Assembly: GCA_963764725.1 (NCBI GenBank)
Contig: CAVXTM010000018.1
Location: forward strand, 1 to 64,000
Direction of reading: 5' to 3'
Length of the DNA: 64,000 bases
From: an uncultured Gammaproteobacteria bacterium
GTDB lineage: Bacteria > Pseudomonadota > Gammaproteobacteria > JACCXJ01
Below are positions 57,675-64,000 of this stretch, piece by piece. The position numbers and the translations under genes are program-made. Within the stretch, counting starts at the first letter, position 1. Each line of letters starts with the position of its first letter. Under the pieces are notes generated by a model. It had not been told where the DNA came from. It ran no database searches and saw nothing but the letters and a program-made list of their open reading frames with translations.

Positions 57675-60600
57675 TCAGGGCTTCGCGCTCGGTTTCGTTG
57701 CGTCCTGCGGCGCTGGCGTGCCCTCGATGCGTTCCACCACGGGCGCATTCCATGAACCGGTGAGCTTATAACGCCGCTGCCACATCTGGTTGATGCGCTC
57801 GGGGATTTCGGTAAAGACCTGCTCGGCCAGGAAGACCGCCGCACCCGCGCCGAGTCCGACCGGGCCGAAAAAGGCGCCGACCGCGGGAAGGCTGCCGGCC
57901 AAGGCCGGGGTCACCGTCACCACCTGATCGTAATCCCGGGTTGCGAGCCCCGTACGGCCGGCGACCTCGACACGCCCCGAAGGGCCTTGCATCACTAGAC
58001 CGTCCGTATAGGCGTTCCCGCTCGCAATTATGAACTTACCTTGGATCTCGTCATAGGCGAATCCGGTCCTAAAGAGATCGACTAGATTGAGCTGCAATAA
58101 GCGCCGGATCGCATGCGGGCTCACGAGCCCAAAGATACGGCCGACGCCTTGATCGACATCGAGCAACCTACCGTCGCTTATGTCTAGATCGAGTGTCCCG
58201 TCGAGCCGGCTCAACTGAAAATCCGCCGGATCGCCCGGCCAGCGCGCGTGGATATCGAACGCGGTGGCGCCTCCTTCGAGTGCGACGGCGTGATACCCGA
58301 AGGTCTTGAGCAGCTTGCTCAGATCGGGCGCCCGGACTTTGATATCGAAACGCGAACCGCGCCCGCTGTCTCCGGTCTGCCAACTACCCGCCGCATCGAT
58401 GCTGAAGTCGGGCCGCGCGAAGGATACCTTCGGGAGACTCAAGCCCGCGAGGCCGGGGCGGGCCCGCACCCGCAGGGCGCCCAGTGCGCTCGTGCCATAA
58501 GAGAAGTCCTCGCACCTGATTGAGATCGCGGGCAGGCGGCGCGGGTCAATCTCTCCGGGATCCCGCAGGCGCGCGCCCGGAATGAGCTTGAGGCGAGTGA
58601 AGCTGGCATCGAGCAGTCCCCCTGGGTGAGCGCCCGGTAAGCGGATCGATCCGCGCGCATCCGGTCCATCCGTGTCGATGCGCCAACGGCGGTTTTCCTG
58701 CTTTGCCCGCAGGCGCAAGTCTTTAAAGACGAAGCCGAGTCCTTCCAGCTTCGCGACCGATACGTCGATACTCAGATCCTCCGGGATCCGAAAGGCTGCC
58801 GATCGACCAGCACCCCATCGCCGCGAAAAGCCCTGCCATTCGGTCAGTGATAATTGCTCTAACTGTCCCCCGATCCAGTAGTCAACCCCCGCTATGGGGG
58901 CTCGCTCGCCGGGGCCAAAATAAATCCAAGCGCCGGCAATCGGCTGGGCGCCGGTTCGCAGCGCCAACCGCGCCCGCATTCGCTCACCGTAACCGACGGC
59001 GATTTCTCTGGTCCCGGCAGCACGCAGTGACGCGGTTAGCGTGACCGGCGCCGCCGTTTCCGCGGCTTTCCCGAAGGGCGCCGGAAGACTAATGCGCATG
59101 CCGGTCAACGGCGAGCGGACCTGCAATTCCGCCGGCCGCGCCGATTCCGGTAGTCTCAGCGTGGCCTCCCAGCTGGTCTCCCCGGCGGTTACCCGAAACC
59201 GGCCGCGGCTAAAATAATCATGATATTTGGACGGCAATACGATACGCAGATGCTGCTCGATGTACGGCCAGTCCGCGCGCCCGCGGGCTTTCACCCAGCC
59301 GCCTCGTTCTCGGGCGCCGCCCTTGGTCTCGATCAGGATGGCGCGCTCGAAAAGCCGTGCTCGAAGTCCCTCGCTCGACCAAGCGCCACCCGCAAAGCGC
59401 AGCGTGCCCCGGAGATCCGTGAGGGAGTACGGGCCGCTCTTGAGCGTGTTCCCGGGAAAGGTCAAGGCCCCGCCAACCGTGGCCTTTTGCGGATAGAGCG
59501 GGATGTCCATGTCGAGGTCCAGCCGCGCCTCGCCCCCGATTTCGAGGGGCGCAATCCGCTGACCGGCTCCGGACTGCAAGGGGCTATTCGATACGAAGCG
59601 CTGCATATCGCTCGCGCTGCCGCTCGCTCGGCCGCGCACGATCACATGGCGTTGGCTGACCCCCAGGTCTGGAATGCTGGCGCTGACATCGCCTAAGCGC
59701 ACACCGTAGGTAGTGGCTGCGGGCGCGGCCACCCGCAGCTCCCGCCCATCCAACGTGACTTGCGCGTCGATACCCTCGATACGAGGCCAGTGCTTGGAAT
59801 ATTCCAGTACACCCCCGGTTAAGTTGATCTCCACCGCAAAGCGGCCCTCGTCCCGATCGAACGGGAACCGATCCAGCGGGCCCCTTAACACGACGGCGCC
59901 CGATCCGATCGTACCGCCCTGCAACGCCTGGCTTAGCCACTCCCGGCCCTTGGACGGAAGATCGCTAGGGAGATACTTCGCCAAATCACTGATGCGTCCC
60001 TTGTCGATCCCGGCCCACAGCCCGGCATCGGCCGCGCGCCCCTCCCGCATGACCAGATTTCCCATGATCTGTAATCGGAGATCGGGGTTCTCGACCTCGA
60101 GACCGGGCGTGTAAATGCGCCAACCGTCCGCGAGCGCACGCCACCCGACCTCACCGCTCGTACGCTCGAGGCGAAGGGGGGCCTTGAAGTGAGGCACTGC
60201 GTCGATTTGCAACGGGCCGCCGGAGAGGCGTAACCGGCCCTGCTCGGCATCCGTTTCCAACACCCCCGAAAGGCGCTCCACACCGGGGATCGCCGGGCTT
60301 CTTTGCACGGAGACGGAATCCAGGCCCGTCTTGAGATAGAAGCGCGCGGCCCCGGAGCGATCAGGATGATAAGCGAGCTCGACCTCGCGCAGCAGGCCGC
60401 GGGGCCGGAGTCGTCCGAGCAGCGTTTTGCTTTCCTCGGGCAAGGACTCGGACAGGATCAATACGCGCGAGAGATCCGTAAGTTCGATGTGGCTGGCGTA
60501 AGCGATCAATCGCCGCACTCCGTGCGGGTCGGGGGGCGCCAAAGCCAATCCGAAGCGCGCCTCCGGCCAGGACCCGTCCGGAGTGGCGATCGCGACGCGA

Positions 60601-61541
60601 TCGGCGCCCATGCGCCAACCACCACCGGGGCTAGCACGGGCGAGGAAGCGTCCGCTGGTCGCTAACATCTCAAACCGGTTCTCACCCGCGCCCACGGCGA
60701 AGCCCCCGGTCTTGAACTCACCCGCGATCTCGGTCACCTGGCCCTTGCGCCAAACACCCCAAGTGCGTAGCTTCAACGCTCCCCCGCCCTGCCGGACGCG
60801 GATCGATGATAGATAGTGGCGCAACAACGCGGGGCCGATATCCTCGGCCTCGGCATAGAAGTTGGCGTTCCAATCACGATCGAACGGATCACCCGTTCCG
60901 CTCATCGCGATGAGCAGACGCTTGCCGACCTCAGGGGGCGGCCGCAAGGTCAATTTGAGCCCTTGCCGCGCCAGTGCGCCCGTGCTATCCAAGCGCACGT
61001 AGGGCAAGGCCCAGGCGCCGTGCCGCGCTTGGTGATCGTGCCAGCGGATCCGCGTGCCCTCGATGGCGACTTGCGGCTGGCGCAGCAGCCAGCGCAGCAT
61101 GCGCGCGTCCGTGCCGTCGATTCCTTCGATGACGAACTCCCCGTCGCGCGTGCGCGCCACGGTAAACTTGGCCCCGGAGAGCGCGAGCCCCCCCAATTGC
61201 AGTTGCCGCCGCCCGAGGCTCGCCCACACATCGATGCCGATGACCGCGCGCTCAAACTCCATCGCGGGGCGTAAGGTCTCGCCGTTGAGCACGCGAAGCC
61301 CGGTCAACACCAGGCGCGGATCCCACCCGTCCCATACGGCCCGCACGGCCTCGACCGTGACCGGCCGGCCCAGGAATCTACCGAGGTAATCCTCGATTCC
61401 GGTAGGCTGCCCGGCTATCCGCGGTAAAACCATGCGGGCGCCGAGCGCCCCGAGCGAGAGAATAAGCGCGAGCACTGCCAGAGCCGGCAGCGCGCTTAGC
61501 AACGATTGAAGAACGATGCGGCGGAACATTCTTAACCGCAA
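57675..61541 (-). CDS. yhdP: YhdP (AsmA-like, TIGR02099) phospholipid transport protein
   Basis: N-terminal TM, LRGPLDRFPF, WPG.PADF, GRIFGL, AYTDGL..GPS, YKLTGSWNAP; downstream of rng. Alternative ATG at 61529. Confidence 0.92.
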   Translation of the reverse strand: MRLRMFRRIVLQSLLSALPALAVLALILSLGALGARMVLPRIAGQPTGIEDYLGRFLGRPVTVEAVRAVWDGWDPRLVLTGLRVLNGETLRPAMEFERAVIGIDVWASLGRRQLQLGGLALSGAKFTVARTRDGEFVIEGIDGTDARMLRWLLRQPQVAIEGTRIRWHDHQARHGAWALPYVRLDSTGALARQGLKLTLRPPPEVGKRLLIAMSGTGDPFDRDWNANFYAEAEDIGPALLRHYLSSIRVRQGGGALKLRTWGVWRKGQVTEIAGEFKTGGFAVGAGENRFEMLATSGRFLARASPGGGWRMGADRVAIATPDGSWPEARFGLALAPPDPHGVRRLIAYASHIELTDLSRVLILSESLPEESKTLLGRLRPRGLLREVELAYHPDRSGAARFYLKTGLDSVSVQRSPAIPGVERLSGVLETDAEQGRLRLSGGPLQIDAVPHFKAPLRLERTSGEVGWRALADGWRIYTPGLEVENPDLRLQIMGNLVMREGRAADAGLWAGIDKGRISDLAKYLPSDLPSKGREWLSQALQGGTIGSGAVVLRGPLDRFPFDRDEGRFAVEINLTGGVLEYSKHWPRIEGIDAQVTLDGRELRVAAPAATTYGVRLGDVSASIPDLGVSQRHVIVRGRASGSASDMQRFVSNSPLQSGAGQRIAPLEIGGEARLDLDMDIPLYPQKATVGGALTFPGNTLKSGPYSLTDLRGTLRFAGGAWSSEGLRARLFERAILIETKGGARERGGWVKARGRADWPYIEQHLRIVLPSKYHDYFSRGRFRVTAGETSWEATLRLPESARPAELQVRSPLTGMRISLPAPFGKAAETAAPVTLTASLRAAGTREIAVGYGERMRARLALRTGAQPIAGAWIYFGPGERAPIAGVDYWIGGQLEQLSLTEWQGFSRRWGAGRSAAFRIPEDLSIDVSVAKLEGLGFVFKDLRLRAKQENRRWRIDTDGPDARGSIRLPGAHPGGLLDASFTRLKLIPGARLRDPGEIDPRRLPAISIRCEDFSYGTSALGALRVRARPGLAGLSLPKVSFARPDFSIDAAGSWQTGDSGRGSRFDIKVRAPDLSKLLKTFGYHAVALEGGATAFDIHARWPGDPADFQLSRLDGTLDLDISDGRLLDVDQGVGRIFGLVSPHAIRRLLQLNLVDLFRTGFAYDEIQGKFIIASGNAYTDGLVMQGPSGRVEVAGRTGLATRDYDQVVTVTPALAGSLPAVGAFFGPVGLGAGAAVFLAEQVFTEIPERINQMWQRRYKLTGSWNAPVVERIEGTPAPQDATKPSAKP

Positions 61542-61601
61542 GAAAAAATTCCCGTCAATGCGAGCGCCGCCATCCTTAGGGCGAGATAGGGTCGGCCACT
61601 G

Positions 61602-63137
61602 TTATAGCAGGACGACATCGTACTGCTCGGGTCCATACATCCCTTCGGCACGGACCGTGATTGGCCTGCCGATGAATCCCTCGAGCTCGGCCACGCCCGC
61701 CGATTCCTCATCCAATAGCCTATCGGCGACACAAGGAGAGGCAATCACGAGCAGCTTTTTAGCATCGAATTGGCGTACCTCGCGCAGGATCTCGCGCAAG
61801 ATCTCGTAACACACGGTCTCGGCGGTCTTGGTCGAACCGCGCCCCCCGCACGTAGGGCAGGATTCGCACAGCACGTGCTCGAGGCTCTCGCGGGTGCGTT
61901 GGCGCGTGATCTGCACCAGCCCGAGCGAAGTTATTTCGCTCACCGCGACGCGGGCATGATCGCGTTCCAGATTCTTCTCCAGCGCCCGCAGCACTTGACT
62001 CTGATGATCCGCATCCTCCATGTCGATGAAATCCACGATGACGATTCCGCCCAGGTTGCGCAAGCGCAACTGCCGTGCGATCGCCTGCGCGGCTTCGAGG
62101 TTGGTCTTGAAAATGGTCTCTTCGAGGTTGCGATGCCCGACGAAGGCCCCGGTATTAACATCCACCGTGGTCATGGCCTCGGTCTGATCAAACACCAGAT
62201 GGCCGCCGGATTTCAGCTCCACGCGCCGTTCCAAAGCCCGCTGGATCTCGCTTTCGACCGAGTAAAGATCCAGGATCGGCCGCTCGCCGCTATAGTGCTC
62301 GATGCGATCCACGAGATCGGGAATGTACTGGCGCGCAAACTCGCTGACCCGTTCATAGGTCTCGCGCGAATCGATCCGGATCTTTTCAACCTCAAAGGCA
62401 ACCAGACTGCGCACGGTTCGCAACACCAGCGGCAGGTCCTCGTAGATCACGCCGGGCGCTTTGGCTTCGCCTAGCTGCAAAGACAGCGTGGACCAGAGCC
62501 GCTGCAAAAACTCCATGTCCATCTGTAGGCTGTCCTCGGCCACGCCCTCGGCAGCGGTTCGAACGATGTACCCGGAAGGCCCGGGGCACGGCCCGAGATT
62601 GCGTCTCGGCACCGGCGGCTGCGCCGCCGTGGGAGCCTCCACGGCCGCCTTGAGGTCGGCATCGCGATCGAGTATCACCTCGCGAAGCCTGGTCCGCTCA
62701 AGCTCATCGGCAATTTTCTGCGACACGGCGACGGTCGCGCACTTCGGGAGCAACACCAGGTAGCGCGAGGGAATACAAAGCCGCGTGGTGAGCCGTGCGC
62801 CCTTGCCGATTAGCGGATCCTTCGTCACCTGGACCACGATCTCATCGCCCTCCCGCAGGAGCCGGCTGATACCGGTATCGTTGTTCCCCCGCGCGTCGTG
62901 CTCGGGCCCGAAATCGAGGATGTCATGGAGATGTAAAAAAGCGCTGCGTTCGAGACCAATGTCCACGAAGGCTGCCTGCATTCCCGGCAACACCCGGGAA
63001 ACGCGCCCGAGGTAGATGTTGCCGACCAAGCCCCTTTTCTGGCGGCGCTCGATGATGATTTCTTGCAGCACGCCGTTCTCGAGGGCGGCGATGCGCGTCT
63101 CTTGGGGCGTCACATTGACTAGATATTCTTCGGCCAT
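61602..63137 (-). CDS. rng: Ribonuclease G
   Basis: LVNVTPQETR, GNIYLGRV.RVLPGMQAAFVDIG, EAMTTVDVNTG, RLRNLGGIVIVDFIDM. Confidence 0.96.
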   Translation of the reverse strand: MAEEYLVNVTPQETRIAALENGVLQEIIIERRQKRGLVGNIYLGRVSRVLPGMQAAFVDIGLERSAFLHLHDILDFGPEHDARGNNDTGISRLLREGDEIVVQVTKDPLIGKGARLTTRLCIPSRYLVLLPKCATVAVSQKIADELERTRLREVILDRDADLKAAVEAPTAAQPPVPRRNLGPCPGPSGYIVRTAAEGVAEDSLQMDMEFLQRLWSTLSLQLGEAKAPGVIYEDLPLVLRTVRSLVAFEVEKIRIDSRETYERVSEFARQYIPDLVDRIEHYSGERPILDLYSVESEIQRALERRVELKSGGHLVFDQTEAMTTVDVNTGAFVGHRNLEETIFKTNLEAAQAIARQLRLRNLGGIVIVDFIDMEDADHQSQVLRALEKNLERDHARVAVSEITSLGLVQITRQRTRESLEHVLCESCPTCGGRGSTKTAETVCYEILREILREVRQFDAKKLLVIASPCVADRLLDEESAGVAELEGFIGRPITVRAEGMYGPEQYDVVLL

Positions 63138-63243
63138 CGCCGGTTTACATCGCTCGGTGGAGGCGGATCGCATTAATCTAAACGAATTCGCTGCGTCTGC
63201 CGAGTCTTGTCGCGCACCCTTGAGTCGCCCGAAGATGCGCTAA

Positions 63244-63386
63244 GGAAATTCTGAATAAGTGTTATGAGCACGCCCATCTGCGCGAAGCCGCGCAGCGAGA
63301 CGCGAGACATATCAAATAGATAGGCGAGCCGCGAGCGAGCGCGCGACAAAGCAGATGGGCGGCGCAGTAGTTTATTCAGAGTTTCC
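63244..63386. mobile_element. IS5-family-type MITE with 4-bp target duplication
   Basis: IRs GGAAATTCTGAATAA / TTATTCAGAGTTTCC; CTAA on both sides (63240-63243 and 63387-63390); internal palindrome; non-coding. Confidence 0.85.
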
Positions 63387-63452
63387 CTAACATGCTATAA
63401 ACTGCAAACATACCCTCGTATGATTAATGCCGGAGCGAAACTGCCTGCAACT

Positions 63453-64000
63453 ATGTCACCGACCGAATCCACCCTCACCCTCATCCTGGCGCTCGGGGCC
63501 GACACCCGTCTGGCACCGTTAACTACCGACCGCGCGAAGTCTGCGATCCCGTTCGGCGGCAACTACCGCGTCATCGACTTCACCTTGGCCAATTGTCTGC
63601 ATTCCGGGCTGCGGCGCGTACTGGTATTCACGCAATACCGGTCGCATTCATTGCAGCGGCACCTGCACGACGGCTGGTCTATCTTCAATCCCGAGCTCGG
63701 TGAATTCATCACCTCCATACCACCGCAGATGATGAGCGACAGCGCCGGCTACGCGGGGGCAATCGATGCCCTTTATCAAAACCTCCACATGGTGGAACGC
63801 AGCGCTTCGGATTATGTCTGCGTGCTCTCGGGCGAACATGTCTATCGCATGGACTACGCCGCGCTCATCGACTTTCACGTCGCGCGCAAGGCGACGGCCA
63901 CGATCGCGTGTATTCGCCCCGATGATCTGATCTACAAGGATTTTCAATGCTGCGTCGAGGTCGAAGGCGAGGCCGTCACGGCCTTTGCTGCCCCGGTCCC
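63453..64000 (+). CDS. glgC: Glucose-1-phosphate adenylyltransferase (GlgC)-like protein with degenerate active-site motifs; runs off the window
   Basis: LILALGADTRLAPLTTDRAKSAIPFGGNYRVIDF, TQYRSHSL.RHL, YAGAIDALYQN, LSGEHVYRMDY. Confidence 0.85.
   Translation, partial: MSPTESTLTLILALGADTRLAPLTTDRAKSAIPFGGNYRVIDFTLANCLHSGLRRVLVFTQYRSHSLQRHLHDGWSIFNPELGEFITSIPPQMMSDSAGYAGAIDALYQNLHMVERSASDYVCVLSGEHVYRMDYAALIDFHVARKATATIACIRPDDLIYKDFQCCVEVEGEAVTAFAAPV

Noticed and set aside
14673-62085. Frequent GCGATCGC/CGATCG (HIP1-like) words
   Set aside because: Mostly within genes as Ala-Ile-Ala-type codons at high GC; enrichment cannot be claimed without a Markov-model test.
1-64000. tRNA/rRNA genes and the many antisense ORFs of 60-280 aa
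   Set aside because: No tRNA or rRNA signature recognised by eye; the antisense ORFs are expected shadows of GC-rich genes.

Overview
GC-rich, Gammaproteobacteria-like chromosomal segment. The housekeeping backbone is rluB-scpB-scpA-trpS, yciB-yciI-bolA, dapE, ubiK, comM, apaGH, folA-thyA-lgt, uvrA, a YajR-like MFS transporter, a CoxMNOPQ-type cytochrome c oxidase, yhdP-rng and a GlgC-like gene. Four accessory or decaying zones interrupt it. (i) 1-4 kb: a collapsed P4-type integrase, a truncated nuclease and a GNAT-PAS fusion. (ii) 6.2-10.55 kb: a 1258-aa secreted FG-GAP/beta-propeller/CARDB protein between duplicated pieces of scpB and rluB. (iii) 34.0-42.6 kb: an XRE-cupin regulator and a six-gene Ehr complex (hydrogenase-related, no NiFe ligands) inside a split 2-hydroxyacid dehydrogenase gene. 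(iv) 47.9-57.6 kb: a repeat-bounded island of secreted-protein genes, REP/RAYT elements, group II intron fragments and TA modules. In zone (iv) the same spaced motif, GGCAAA-N12-TGTACGT(G/C)WGTRA, recurs six times, mostly just upstream of genes; this is the best candidate for an undescribed regulon or cassette system. Several single-base homopolymer frameshifts may be assembly errors. All family assignments come from motif recognition by eye, not database searches.
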